From the NCBI GenBank assembly GCA_965263035.1, contig OZ253580.1, positions 4,832,001-4,896,000 of the forward strand: 64,000 nt of DNA, written 5' to 3'. This DNA comes from Acidobacteriota bacterium (lineage in GTDB: Bacteria; Acidobacteriota; UBA6911; RPQK01; JAJDTT01). The position numbers and the translations under genes were made by a program. The notes beneath the pieces are model-generated. The model saw only the letters and a list, made by a program, of their open reading frames with translations. It was not told the origin of the DNA and searched no databases. Below are positions 38,876 through 49,115 of the stretch, piece after piece. Each line of letters opens with the position of its first letter. The stretch's first letter is position 1.

Positions 38876-41800
38876 ATGAGTAGAGTACTTAGTTTGAGCC
38901 TTGTTCTGGCACTCTCCTGTCTTCCCCTGCTGGCACAGGAGAATGTAGGAACCGTGACCGGTGCGGTCCGGGACGAGAGCGGCGGCGTGGTTCCGGGAGC
39001 GGAAATCTCCATCACCAACGTCGGCACCGGCATCGTGACCGACACCATCACCAGCGACGCCGGGATTTACGCCTTCAATTCGGTCGCCATCGGAGAATAC
39101 CGGCTCACGGCCACCATGCCCGGCTTCAGAACCCTGGAGCAGAGCGGGCTCCGCGTGGTGTCCGGCGAGGTCCTGACCATCGACGTCACGTTGTCGGTCG
39201 GCGACGTGGCCGAGACCGTGGAGGTGATGGCGACGCTTCCCACCATCGAGAAGCAGTCGAACAAGGCCGGATACGCCCGGGTCAACGAGGAGATCGCCCG
39301 TCTGCCCATTGCGGTCTCCAACAACAACCGCCAGGCGCTTTCGTTCCTGCGCACCATGCCGGGGGTGAACTACAATCCCAATGACAGCAACGAAAACAAC
39401 GCCATGAGCACCGCCTTCATTCATGGCACGCCCAATGCTTCTCCCAGCTACACCATCGACGGCGTGCGGGCGGGCAGCTCCACCCACCAGAATTCCCGGG
39501 ACGACACGGCGCCGATTCCCGAGATGGTGCAGGAGTTCCGGCTCGACACCAACACGAATGCGGAGCATGGCTGGGACAGCGGCGTGGCGATCACCCTGAT
39601 CTTCAAGTCGGGCACCAACGAATTTCACGGCGACGCCTTCTGGTACTTCCGAAACAACATTCTCGACGCCCGGCCCTGGCTGGCCCCGAGCAAGAGCGTC
39701 AACCGGCAGAACGACTACGGGTTCGTCCTGGGAGGTCCCATCTGGAAGAACCGCACGTTCTTCTTCGGCGGGTTTGACGGCTACAAGTTGCGGACTGCTC
39801 CGGGAGACTCGGTGCAGACCGTTCCCACCGCAGCCATGCGCAACGGTGACTTCAGCGAGATTCTGGGTGCCGAGATCGGGACCGACGCTCTGGGCCGGCC
39901 GATCCACCAGGGCGCCATCTATGACCCCATGAGCACTCGTTCGGACGGTCAGGGCGGGTTCATTCGAGACCCGTTCCCCAACAACATGATTCCTGCGGAT
40001 CGTTTCAGCACCGTCACCAAGAACCTGATTTCGCGGTTCGGGCTGCCCAATCGGCCGGGTGTGACCAACAACTGGATCGGCGGCCTGACCTCCACCCCGG
40101 TCGACAAGACCTCCTACTACCTGAAGGTCGATCATCAGCTTGACGAGGCGGGCGACCACCGGCTCACGGTCGGATGGGAACAGTCGTGGAAGGCATCCCG
40201 GTCCAACTACCCCTCGGTCCAGGACGAGTCGATCTCCAGTCTTCACAGGAACGACGAGGTCCAGTACCGCTACCGTTTCAACTACCACTACACGATCCGG
40301 CCCAACGTCCTCTTCAACCTCCGGACCGGCGTCACCCGGACGCCTCGGGTCATCGGCACCCAGGGTCTCGCCAACGACAATACCGGTGCGGAAGTCGGCA
40401 TCAAGGGAGTGCCGGGGCCCATCGCCCCCCAGGTCGGCGTTCAGGGCCAGAGTGCCTACGGACCCATCTTCCAGAAACTCATCGACCCCAGCCAGACCAT
40501 TCCGGCCAACATGGACGTGACCTGGGTCAAGGGGTCCCACAACTTCAAAGTGGGCGCTGCCTATCTACTTTCCGTCTCCAAGCAGAACCTGGCCCTCTTC
40601 GATCAGGGATCGTTCAGTTTCTCGGCCCTGGAGACCGGATTGCCAGGCAACGCGAACACCGGGTTCGGTTTCGCCAGCCAGTTGTTGGGCGAAGTGGACT
40701 CGGCGTTTGTCTGGAGCCAACGTGACTTCCGTCACAACGGCGGGGCTTGGGGCATTTATTTCCAAGACTCGTGGCGCGCCACCAGCAAGTTGACCATCAA
40801 CTACGGTCTCCGGAACGACGTTTTCGTTCCTTTGGGCGAGACCTATGACCGGATCGGAGCCTTCAATCCCACCATTCCCAACCCGGGAGCGGGGGGACTT
40901 CCCGGATCCCTCTGGTTCTGGGGCGACGGCCCGGGACGCAACGGGTTCAAGCGGGTGGCGGACACGCTCTGGAGCCAATGGGGACCCCGTTTGGGATTCG
41001 CCTATTCTCCGGATGACAACACCGTCATCCGGGCCAGCGGCGCCTACATGTACTTTCCGCTCTTCGGCGCCATGACCAGCGGGTTCAATACCCCCTTCCT
41101 GGGTTGGACTCTGGACCCGTCCGTCAGGAGCCTGGACGGCGGTCTGACCCCGGCTTTCAACTGGGACAACGGTTACCCGGACCCCATCCCGGATCTACCC
41201 GTCCTGGAACCGGACTTTGCCAACGACCAGGCGGTGCAGTATCTCAACCGGGACGACTTCAAGGCGGGCCGCACCTTGACGCTCAACTTCGGGCTGGAGC
41301 GGGATCTGGGTTGGGGGCTGGCCATGCGGGCCAACTACCACGGCAAGTTCTCGCACAATCTGCCCAGCCACGAGGCGGTACGGATGAACCAGCTCAGTGT
41401 CGCCAACTTGAGCTTGGGAAACACTCTGTTGGCGCCGGTCGGTTCAGACCAGGCCATGGCCGCCGGGATTGCCGCTCCGTATCCGGGATTCGGGGGACCT
41501 GTCGCCCAGGCGCTCCGACCGTTCCCGCACTTTTTGGACATCCAGCAACGGGCCGCCCCCGTGAGCGATCTGAACTACCACGCCCTGGTCCTGTCGTTGC
41601 AAAAGCGGTATGGACACGGTTTGAGCTTCATGCTCAACCACACGATCTCCAAGGCCCTCGGCAACGTCGGTTTCTCCCAGCAGGGGCATGGCTTCGCACC
41701 GATCCAGCATACCTCGCAGCGGCATCTCCGATATCACTACCAGCACGATCGGCCCCAGAACCTCTCTCTGAGTTGGCTGTATGAACTGCCGTTCGGTCCG

Positions 41801-42307
41801 GGAAAGCGCCTTTTCAACGGTGGAAATCTATTCTCCAAATATGTGCTCAGCGGTTGGACCCTCGGCGTACAGCACAACTACTTCTCCGGGCAGCCGATCA
41901 GCGTGAGCAGCCGGGTCAGATATCCGGGAGGTTTCGGACCCATCTGGCCGGTCTTGCGTCTGAACTCGCAGATCAAGACCAACACCATTTGCGGGGAGTA
42001 CAGTCCCGGTGGCCGATTCCTGAACGTCAACGCGTTCATGAATGCAGCTCCTTGGACTTTGGGGAACACCAGAACCTTGCCCAAGGAACGGGGCTGCAGC
42101 TATTTCAACGAGAACGCGACGCTCCAGAAGGACACTCAGGTCAACGAGGACGTGAATGTTCGCCTGGGAGTCGATTTCTTCAACATGTTCAACCGCCACA
42201 TTTGGGGCGGTCTGAACACCGACACCGGAAACGCGGCGGGATTCGGCCTGTTCGGCTCCACGTCCCGTCCCAGGTTCATCCAGTTGCACCTCTCGATCCA
42301 CTTCTGA
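38876..42307 (+). CDS. Oar-like TonB-dependent receptor, copy 2
   Basis: GAGGAG RBS before ATG 38876. Colinear paralogue of 34488-37958. Confidence 0.93.
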   Translation: MSRVLSLSLVLALSCLPLLAQENVGTVTGAVRDESGGVVPGAEISITNVGTGIVTDTITSDAGIYAFNSVAIGEYRLTATMPGFRTLEQSGLRVVSGEVLTIDVTLSVGDVAETVEVMATLPTIEKQSNKAGYARVNEEIARLPIAVSNNNRQALSFLRTMPGVNYNPNDSNENNAMSTAFIHGTPNASPSYTIDGVRAGSSTHQNSRDDTAPIPEMVQEFRLDTNTNAEHGWDSGVAITLIFKSGTNEFHGDAFWYFRNNILDARPWLAPSKSVNRQNDYGFVLGGPIWKNRTFFFGGFDGYKLRTAPGDSVQTVPTAAMRNGDFSEILGAEIGTDALGRPIHQGAIYDPMSTRSDGQGGFIRDPFPNNMIPADRFSTVTKNLISRFGLPNRPGVTNNWIGGLTSTPVDKTSYYLKVDHQLDEAGDHRLTVGWEQSWKASRSNYPSVQDESISSLHRNDEVQYRYRFNYHYTIRPNVLFNLRTGVTRTPRVIGTQGLANDNTGAEVGIKGVPGPIAPQVGVQGQSAYGPIFQKLIDPSQTIPANMDVTWVKGSHNFKVGAAYLLSVSKQNLALFDQGSFSFSALETGLPGNANTGFGFASQLLGEVDSAFVWSQRDFRHNGGAWGIYFQDSWRATSKLTINYGLRNDVFVPLGETYDRIGAFNPTIPNPGAGGLPGSLWFWGDGPGRNGFKRVADTLWSQWGPRLGFAYSPDDNTVIRASGAYMYFPLFGAMTSGFNTPFLGWTLDPSVRSLDGGLTPAFNWDNGYPDPIPDLPVLEPDFANDQAVQYLNRDDFKAGRTLTLNFGLERDLGWGLAMRANYHGKFSHNLPSHEAVRMNQLSVANLSLGNTLLAPVGSDQAMAAGIAAPYPGFGGPVAQALRPFPHFLDIQQRAAPVSDLNYHALVLSLQKRYGHGLSFMLNHTISKALGNVGFSQQGHGFAPIQHTSQRHLRYHYQHDRPQNLSLSWLYELPFGPGKRLFNGGNLFSKYVLSGWTLGVQHNYFSGQPISVSSRVRYPGGFGPIWPVLRLNSQIKTNTICGEYSPGGRFLNVNAFMNAAPWTLGNTRTLPKERGCSYFNENATLQKDTQVNEDVNVRLGVDFFNMFNRHIWGGLNTDTGNAAGFGLFGSTSRPRFIQLHLSIHF

Positions 42308-42309
42308 TT

Positions 42310-42560
42310 GGAGGGGGGACGTTCCTGTCCCCCTCTTCACTGGAGGGGCGACTTTCTTGTCGCCCACTGGGACAGGCGGCTTTCTTGCCGCCTGCTCTTC
42401 TGTCGTTGCTATGCGATTCGGTGGCCGGCAAGTGTAGAGGCCGGCAAGTGTAGAGGGGGGCAAGTGTAGAGGGGGGCAAGTGTAGAGGGGGGACTACCGT
42501 CCCCCCTAACCCCCCCTGGTCGGCGGCCGCTCCCATTCGGCGACAAGAAAGTCGCCGCTC
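42310..42560. repeat. REP-like cluster with 4 x 16-bp tandem repeat
   Basis: Palindromes at 42347-64, 42375-92 and 42539-56. GGCAAGTGTAGAGG at 42427, 42443, 42459 and 42475. Confidence 0.85.
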
Positions 42561-42567
42561 CTGGTCC

Positions 42568-44034
42568 CTACTTCGCCGTGTCGGCAACGGCGAACAAGGC
42601 ATTTCGGTTGGTGATGTAGAGCACTCCGTTGGTCGCCACGGCCGTCGTGTAGACGGAATCTCCCATCTCGTTGACGGCCAGCTCCTTCATCGTCGTGCCG
42701 TGCTCCAGCACCGCCACGTCGCCGTCCTCGTCTCCCAGATAGACCTTGCCGTCCACCAGATAGGGAGACCCCCAGACCGCGGCCAGCATGTCGTATCTCC
42801 AGTGCCTCTTTCCGGTGGCGAGATCCAGGCAGTAGAGAAACCCGGTCAGATCGGCCGCATAGAGCAAGCCGTCCCGAATCGCCACGGTGGACATGCTGCG
42901 GCGGAAGTCCTCGCCACCCACGTGCCAGATCCGTCCCTTCTCGGTAATCTCTCCGGTCTGGGTCGCGTCGATGGAATAGAGGTGACCGGGACCCTCGCCA
43001 TGTTCCGGGTCCTGCCCCACGCTGAGCAGCACCTTGTCCTGGTATAGGACCGGCGTGGAGATGATGTTGTTCCGGGTGCCGCGCCCGCCGAGCTTCCACT
43101 CGGAGACCTTGGGATTGAGGTCGAACTTCCAGATCAACTCTCCACCCTGGGGCTCGTAGGCGTAAGCCCAACCGTCACCCCCGGCAAAAATGACCTGGGG
43201 CCGGCCCTTGACCAGCCCGTATGTGGGTGAGGACCATTGCCCGTGCAGGGTGTTCTCGCCCGGATCGCTCCGCTCCCAGACCAGTTCGCCGGTCTTCTTA
43301 TGCACGGCGATGAACGCGGGCGCGTCCGGCATGGGGAGATCCAGGTGCCCCTCGTCCACGCCGTTGGAGGTGAGCAGGAAGATCAAATCGCCGGCTCCCA
43401 CCGGGGAGGAGGTGGCCAGATTGTGAGGGAAGACCCCCAGCTCCTCGATCATGTCGTACACCCAGACGATGTCCGCGTCCTCGTTCTCCCGGTATTTTTC
43501 GTCCTGAAACGGGCCGTCGTTCTCCCCGTCCAGAAACCCCTCCACGTCGGCGCAGACCAGCTCGGCCCGGTTGCTGACGTAGTAGATCCGGTCCCCGTCC
43601 ACGAAGGGAGAGGAACAGATTCCCTGTTCCGGCCAGTCGTTGACCCGTCCCGTGGGGAGCTTGTCGTGGGTGGCCTGCCACAGCATCTTTCCGGAGGCCT
43701 CGTCCAGACAGACGATCACCCCCTTGTCACCCGTGATTCCGGGCCGGTGATGGGCGTTGTTGTTGGTGCCGATGAAGATCCTTCCATCGGAGATCACGGG
43801 GTTGCCATAGGTCTGGGACCCCAGCGGCATCTTCCAACGGATGTTCTCGCCGCTGGAGACGTTCCATCGGTGGGGCATTCCCTTCTCCTCCGAGACCATG
43901 TTCCGGTCCGGAGTCCCGCCCCACATCTTCCAGTCCCCCGCGTGGACCTGAGGCTGACCCGGCGCGGCAAGAATTGCCGCGGCCAGCAGGATGCACGGAA
44001 CGCGGACGATCCTGGCTCGACTGCTAGTCATCAT
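42568..44034 (-). CDS. PQQ-like beta-propeller protein
   Basis: DW.MWGG..DRN, WK..LG, SSP repeats, GKVYLGDEDG. Confidence 0.9.
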   Translation of the reverse strand: MMTSSRARIVRVPCILLAAAILAAPGQPQVHAGDWKMWGGTPDRNMVSEEKGMPHRWNVSSGENIRWKMPLGSQTYGNPVISDGRIFIGTNNNAHHRPGITGDKGVIVCLDEASGKMLWQATHDKLPTGRVNDWPEQGICSSPFVDGDRIYYVSNRAELVCADVEGFLDGENDGPFQDEKYRENEDADIVWVYDMIEELGVFPHNLATSSPVGAGDLIFLLTSNGVDEGHLDLPMPDAPAFIAVHKKTGELVWERSDPGENTLHGQWSSPTYGLVKGRPQVIFAGGDGWAYAYEPQGGELIWKFDLNPKVSEWKLGGRGTRNNIISTPVLYQDKVLLSVGQDPEHGEGPGHLYSIDATQTGEITEKGRIWHVGGEDFRRSMSTVAIRDGLLYAADLTGFLYCLDLATGKRHWRYDMLAAVWGSPYLVDGKVYLGDEDGDVAVLEHGTTMKELAVNEMGDSVYTTAVATNGVLYITNRNALFAVADTAK

Positions 44035-46252
44035 TCTTCACCACCTTGAAGTTGTCGAAGAGAATCTCGGGACCGTCGCTCTTGGATGTGGTTCCGACGG
44101 AGTAGCCGTAAATGCCGGCGCTGCCTTCCCGGTTCGGATGCGGGTCCAGCACCTCAATGTTCCAAGCCTCGGGCTCCGGTTCCTCCCTGGGCCAGACCTT
44201 CGCTCGGACCCGTGCCTGTCCATCCTCCAGCGACACCGAGAACTTGGCTCGATACCAGACCTCCGGTTCCCAGGGAAATGCAACGTCGTGCCTCAGGCGC
44301 GGCAGCGGGGACCAGGTCTCGATCCGCAGCCGCTTTCTCATGCCCATCATGACGAATCGGTAGCGGCTGTTGATCAGCCCCATGTCCGGCTTGAAGCGTT
44401 TGCGTGCCAGCTTTCCCAGCAGGTCCGCTTCGACCGTATACCCTCCCGGGACGGGGGGAGTGGCATAGGCTCGAAGCCTCATGAAGGGCGGGGAAGGCCG
44501 CGTCTTGGAGGCCAGCTTCTTGAGCACCTTGCCTCCCGCCTCGATGACTTGCGTCTTGGACGCCACGCCTATCCAGCCGGGAGGCACCGAGCCGACCGCC
44601 AGCGACTCGAAGTCCTCGTGGATCGGCAGATTCGGAGCGATCCGAATCCGAGCAGCGGCGCTCAGACCACTGGGGCTCTTGGCGGTCACGAGACCCGCCG
44701 AGAATGCCTGCTCCTTGCCGGCGTTGAAATTGCCGTCCGCGCCGACTGTTCCCGAGACGCCGCTTGCCGACCACTCGACGCTGGCCGGGGAGGGAGTCGA
44801 TCCCACTGAGTCGAATCGAAGCGCCTTCAGCTGGATCTGCTCTCCGGGTCTCAGCGTCGCTTCCGCCGGCACGACCCGAAGGCTGCCCTTGGACCCCGCT
44901 GCCGGGCGCGCCGTCTCTACTGGAGTCGAGGCTAGCTCTTGCGCCTGTACCTGTTGCCCCGCTTTTCCTAGGCAGTAGATGCCGTAGCGGCTCATGAAAT
45001 AGACGCGTCCGCTGACCACGGCGGGAGAGCCGAAGATCTCGTCCACGGTGCCGTCGGGACGCTCGAACACCTCCTTGTCCAGGGACACGCAACGATCGCC
45101 CTCGTCGCGGAGAATGTGGAAGATGCCGTTCTGTTCTCCCACGTAGATCACGCCGTCGCTGGTCACCACGGGCGACCCCTTGCCCACCCGGCCCAGGTTG
45201 TATTCCCAGTGGATGTCACCGCTGGCGGCGTCCATGCAGTAGAGATTGGCGCTGTTGTCCACGGCATAGAGCCGGCCGTTGGCGATGGCGGGCGAGGCAT
45301 ACCCGAAGGTGTAGCCGTCATGGCGCCAGACCACTCCGCTCTCCGTGATGTCCCCCGTCCGGGTTCCGTCGACGCAGACGATGCCTCCCATCCTGGAGGT
45401 GTGCAGGTTCTCTTCGCTGTGAGAGAGGTACGCTCGGTCTCCGTCCACCACCACGGAAGCGTTGAGACCGCGCTTGCTGAGCCGGAGAGTCCAGGCCTTC
45501 TCACCGTTTCGGGCCCGCATTCCATACGCGTTTCCGTCAGCCGTCGCGGCCACCAACATCCGTTGACCGCCCATGACGGCTGTCGCCGGAACGGCGTAGG
45601 TGGTGTCCAGGGGCGTGCCTCCCGGTGCCGACCACCACTGGATGGCGCCGCTCCCTTTGTGGAATGCCACATATCGATGGAGAGGCCGAGCCTGATTCCC
45701 CCAACTGGAATTGAGAAAGCTCACCACGACCCGGTCCTCGTCCAGGATCGGCGTGTGCAGCCGCCCCCCGTAACCGCTGATGCGGCCCAACTCCTCCGTC
45801 ATGGAGACCTTCCAGACCTCGTCGCCGTCACGGCTGAGACAGAAGAACTCTCCCCCGGTGGCGTGAGCGTAGATCCGGCCCGAATCCGGGTCCCCGACCA
45901 GGGCCGTCCATCCCACCCGGTTCTCCACGATGTCGGTATGGAAGACGTTGAATCGCTTCTCCCACAGCTTGCGGCCGGTCCGGGCGTCGAGCGCCACGAT
46001 CCGTTCCCCCCGCGTCGCCCCTTTCCCCACCGGCAGGATGGCGAAGAGCCGGTCGTCCAGGATGATGGGCGTGGTCCTCCCACCCTCGTCGAACTTCCAG
46101 AGAAGCCCATCCCCACCCTGATCCCAGGAGGTGACGGCGGCTGCTTCCGGGGCGGCGCCGTTCTGGTTCGGGCCGCGCCAGTACGGCCAGTCCGCGCCCA
46201 GGGCCGGTTGGATGGTGATCCAAACCAGGGAAAAGACTCCAAGTATTCTCAA
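44024..46252 (-). CDS. PQQ-like beta-propeller protein with Ig-like and lectin-like C-terminal domains
   Basis: ADWPYWRGP, propeller repeats. TTG start with AGGAGG RBS. Confidence 0.88.
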   Translation of the reverse strand: MRILGVFSLVWITIQPALGADWPYWRGPNQNGAAPEAAAVTSWDQGGDGLLWKFDEGGRTTPIILDDRLFAILPVGKGATRGERIVALDARTGRKLWEKRFNVFHTDIVENRVGWTALVGDPDSGRIYAHATGGEFFCLSRDGDEVWKVSMTEELGRISGYGGRLHTPILDEDRVVVSFLNSSWGNQARPLHRYVAFHKGSGAIQWWSAPGGTPLDTTYAVPATAVMGGQRMLVAATADGNAYGMRARNGEKAWTLRLSKRGLNASVVVDGDRAYLSHSEENLHTSRMGGIVCVDGTRTGDITESGVVWRHDGYTFGYASPAIANGRLYAVDNSANLYCMDAASGDIHWEYNLGRVGKGSPVVTSDGVIYVGEQNGIFHILRDEGDRCVSLDKEVFERPDGTVDEIFGSPAVVSGRVYFMSRYGIYCLGKAGQQVQAQELASTPVETARPAAGSKGSLRVVPAEATLRPGEQIQLKALRFDSVGSTPSPASVEWSASGVSGTVGADGNFNAGKEQAFSAGLVTAKSPSGLSAAARIRIAPNLPIHEDFESLAVGSVPPGWIGVASKTQVIEAGGKVLKKLASKTRPSPPFMRLRAYATPPVPGGYTVEADLLGKLARKRFKPDMGLINSRYRFVMMGMRKRLRIETWSPLPRLRHDVAFPWEPEVWYRAKFSVSLEDGQARVRAKVWPREEPEPEAWNIEVLDPHPNREGSAGIYGYSVGTTSKSDGPEILFDNFKVVKNDD

Positions 46253-46809
46253 ACCCGACCTCCTGCGATGAAAAGGTTCACGTGACGCTCATTATCAACG
46301 CAATGCCCACGACGTTTCACATTCTCCCCCTCCCCTGTATGGGTAGCAAGAGAAGAGGGAGCAGAGGGATAAGAGGGATAAGACCCTCTCCTAAGAGAAG
46401 ATTGGCATTTTCCCTCTCCCGCGAAAGCCCGAATATCGTCTTGGGACTGAATCTGCCGCCGAATCTGTCCGCACCGCTGGCGAGTCAGTTTGAAGCGACT
46501 CCCGATCACTGACAGTCTGACACCCTGAGAAGCGAGGCGCCAGATCTTCCTGTCTCGCGGTCTCAGGTCGATGAGCCCGTTCTTGATGCCCGTCTTTTCT
46601 AGTGTCCACCGGCAGTTAGCCCGCATCCGCTGAGTCTCCGGAGTTCGGTCGGTGGGATCCTCATTCCCCACAACATGACGCCGGCAGCCGGCCCGGATGT
46701 TGGTCCACTCAAGGCACGGCTTGCGGTGAACCTTCCACGCCTCCGTGGGTGAAGGTTCAGGCTTCCGGTGGAGTCGGATCTCAAGCAATTCCAACAGCCG
46801 GAAATTCAT
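46249..46809 (-). CDS. Putative DNA-binding protein with sigma-70 region-4-like HTH
   Basis: LRPRDRKIWRLASQGVRLSVIGSRFKLTRQRCGQI matches the sigma4/'.SRQRV.QI' HTH pattern. ATGA overlap with the upstream ORF. True start uncertain. Confidence 0.5.
   Translation of the reverse strand: MNFRLLELLEIRLHRKPEPSPTEAWKVHRKPCLEWTNIRAGCRRHVVGNEDPTDRTPETQRMRANCRWTLEKTGIKNGLIDLRPRDRKIWRLASQGVRLSVIGSRFKLTRQRCGQIRRQIQSQDDIRAFAGEGKCQSSLRRGSYPSYPSAPSSLATHTGEGENVKRRGHCVDNERHVNLFIAGGRV
46291..46305. other. Candidate att site (left)
   Basis: ATTATCAACGCAATG, 13/15 identical to 55605-55619. CATT/AATG inverted arms around an 8-bp spacer. Confidence 0.5.
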
Positions 46810-47171
46810 GCGGCCGCCTCAGAGCTTCGGGAGAGACCCGCCGCCTTAGCCGATGTTTTGACTTCTCGCAACCACCACGGCGACGCACGGAAACGGATCG
46901 CGCAGGATCTCCCGTCCGTAGGATCGTTCAGAGCCTCCACATCCACCAGATCCGGGGTGATCCTGGGCTTTTCGTTATCGTCGAAGGGCAAAGGCTCATT
47001 TTGATCCTTTGCCTCGTAAACCCTACCGGATGCTGGATTCTGATCTCGTCGGTCGCTGCCGGGAGTCTCCCAGTCGGTCGCGGGAGCATTCGACCGAGCC
47101 AGTGTGACCAGCTCGGATTTCAGCTCCGCTTTCTGTGCGGCGGTTCGTCGTGTTCTCTTGTGCTTGCCCAT
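46806..47171 (-). CDS. Hypothetical protein (element-borne)
   Basis: ATG start, co-oriented with and coupled to the next ORF. No motif recognised. Confidence 0.35.
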   Translation of the reverse strand: MGKHKRTRRTAAQKAELKSELVTLARSNAPATDWETPGSDRRDQNPASGRVYEAKDQNEPLPFDDNEKPRITPDLVDVEALNDPTDGRSCAIRFRASPWWLREVKTSAKAAGLSRSSEAAA

Positions 47172-47663
47172 TGTCCCGAATCTAGCCGGGACAAGGATAA
47201 ACTACGCGACTGACGTTCGAGAGAAGGGAAAGGCGCGGGGATCAGGAGGGTTGGCTAGATCCGGTTCCGATGGTCCCGCGCCCGTTGTACGAATCAGGAG
47301 AGATCATTCTCCAGAGTGACAGTGCGTCACCCCGAGAGAGTAGCAGAATCGGCTGACCATAAAAAGCCTAAAAGTGTTCTAAAGTCTCCCCGGTGGAAGC
47401 GCCATGGAGGACCGCTCGGAAGCGGAGGAACGCTTAACGGACTCCTCATGACTAGACCATCCGACAGCACCAAACGTCGGTGAGGAAGGGGACGCGAGAG
47501 TTAGGTTTAAGGTGTCCAAGCCGGATCCAACGGGCGCGCCCCCATAGAGCGTCTATTGTATCAGTAAAAACTGTTGCGATCCCATAGCTGAGAAGCGGAT
47601 GGCGTCTAACTCCCTGTACTGCGTTGGAAGGATTGAACGGACGGGAGCATGGCCCGTTTGGGG

Positions 47664-48767
47664 CTAGTCCCGCTCGGCCTCGACAGAGCCCAACAAGCCG
47701 GTGAGGTTTGCTGCCTCTTCCAAGGATTTGCCCGACTGGACAAGTTTCGAAAACGCTGAAGCTCTTCCGATCAAATCCCCAGCCCATTGGTCGAAGTCGA
47801 GGCGGATCTCCGCTTCCAGCTTCACGCTCAGTTCAAGCTGCACCAGCCGAGCAATGGGTTGGATCAGGTTCAAAAATGTACGCCGGAGCCCTTCTCTTTG
47901 GGCAGTACCCGTCGCGGACGGGTCAAAAATGGATGGACTCACCCCGCAAGCGGCCAAGATCGCGGCCTGGGCATCCCGTCTCAATTCCACGAGCGCCGCC
48001 CCTGGGGAAGGGCCAAGCCGAGAAGGTACGAAATCTTTTCGAGGAGCTGCGCTGCGGCCCTCGCCCCAGCCGCCCGACGTCGTTTCAACCAATATCGATC
48101 TGCCGCGCGCGTTTCGGATATCACCGCTCAAGGCAGCCAACGGATCGGCCGCCGGGTCACCATCCGCATTTTCCCCCGAAGCCGAGTCAGGAACCGCGAG
48201 GAGATTCGCAATCGGCCCGGATACTTCGTCGGCGAGACTTCGTTCAACCTCAGAGTTTAGCTTCGAGGATATGGCGGAGAATTTCAGAGGAGAAACACCC
48301 GCATGAGGGCTGCCTGGGTTGGTGCCCCAGGTGACGTGGACCACTCCCTCGTAACCGACCCGCCGGGTTGTCGTCATCGAGGGACCGGCCAGGTCTACGT
48401 CTACGACCCAACTTTTCTGGTCGTAGCTGCCAGTGAACATCCAGGAAGCAACGGGAAACAACCTCACGATGCCCGCCTCCGAAACGTCGATCATGTGCAT
48501 GGATTCGCCCCGGAGAATGAGGGCCCGCCCGATCTGCGCCAGGACTCCCGGAGTCACGGCCGCACGAATGTAGCCTGGACCGCTCACCTTTGCCCCGGCC
48601 AAACTTCGAGCCAACAGGCCCGCCGCCATCTCCGTCGCCGCGGTCGCAGATGATCCCCCGGTCGAGGCTTGGCTCTGGAGCGCCTGGAGCGCGAGCGCCG
48701 TCACGTCGGCCTGTCGCCGCTCCGCCCGCCGCCATGGGATACCAACTTCCCTCCCCTGGAACTTCAC
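47664..48767 (-). CDS. Phage portal protein (HK97-like)
   Basis: LILRGES, G.SPL, ILAACGVSPSIF, L..IQPIARL.Q.EL..KL. GTGA overlap with the connector gene. Confidence 0.8.
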   Translation of the reverse strand: MKFQGREVGIPWRRAERRQADVTALALQALQSQASTGGSSATAATEMAAGLLARSLAGAKVSGPGYIRAAVTPGVLAQIGRALILRGESMHMIDVSEAGIVRLFPVASWMFTGSYDQKSWVVDVDLAGPSMTTTRRVGYEGVVHVTWGTNPGSPHAGVSPLKFSAISSKLNSEVERSLADEVSGPIANLLAVPDSASGENADGDPAADPLAALSGDIRNARGRSILVETTSGGWGEGRSAAPRKDFVPSRLGPSPGAALVELRRDAQAAILAACGVSPSIFDPSATGTAQREGLRRTFLNLIQPIARLVQLELSVKLEAEIRLDFDQWAGDLIGRASAFSKLVQSGKSLEEAANLTGLLGSVEAERD

Positions 48768-49075
48768 GCTAGAGACCCCCGACGAACTCGCCAGGAAGAG
48801 AGCAACCCTGCTGCTCCAGAATGCGCTAGGGCGCTGGATTCGCCTTTGAAGCGCGTCTTGCGGATCGTGATGCTGCCGGTTTTGATGTTCAGGTTCGGCG
48901 TCATGTCGGCCAGCCAGCCCGCCGCCCTGATTGCGGCTTCGTTCTGGATGGAGTCCGGAGCGTCCGGCGCATATCGCTCTACCAACTCAGTGACCACCGG
49001 CAACAGGCGAGAAGCGACGGCGGGTTTCCCGTTGATTGCGGCCGCTAATTCGGCTTCATTGAGTGTGACTGCCAT
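48764..49075 (-). CDS. Head-tail connector (gp6-like)
   Basis: LL....ELVERY...AP..I..A.IR.AGWL..., SGA..LL..WRV. Size and position fit. Confidence 0.65.
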   Translation of the reverse strand: MAVTLNEAELAAAINGKPAVASRLLPVVTELVERYAPDAPDSIQNEAAIRAAGWLADMTPNLNIKTGSITIRKTRFKGESSALAHSGAAGLLSSWRVRRGSLA

Positions 49076-49115
49076 TCGTTCCCCGCGCTGACTACGGATA
49101 AATTTTCGAAGTGGT

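Noticed and set aside
42427-42490. Possible CRISPR array
   Set aside because: Units are 16 bp and contiguous, with no unique spacers and no cas genes.
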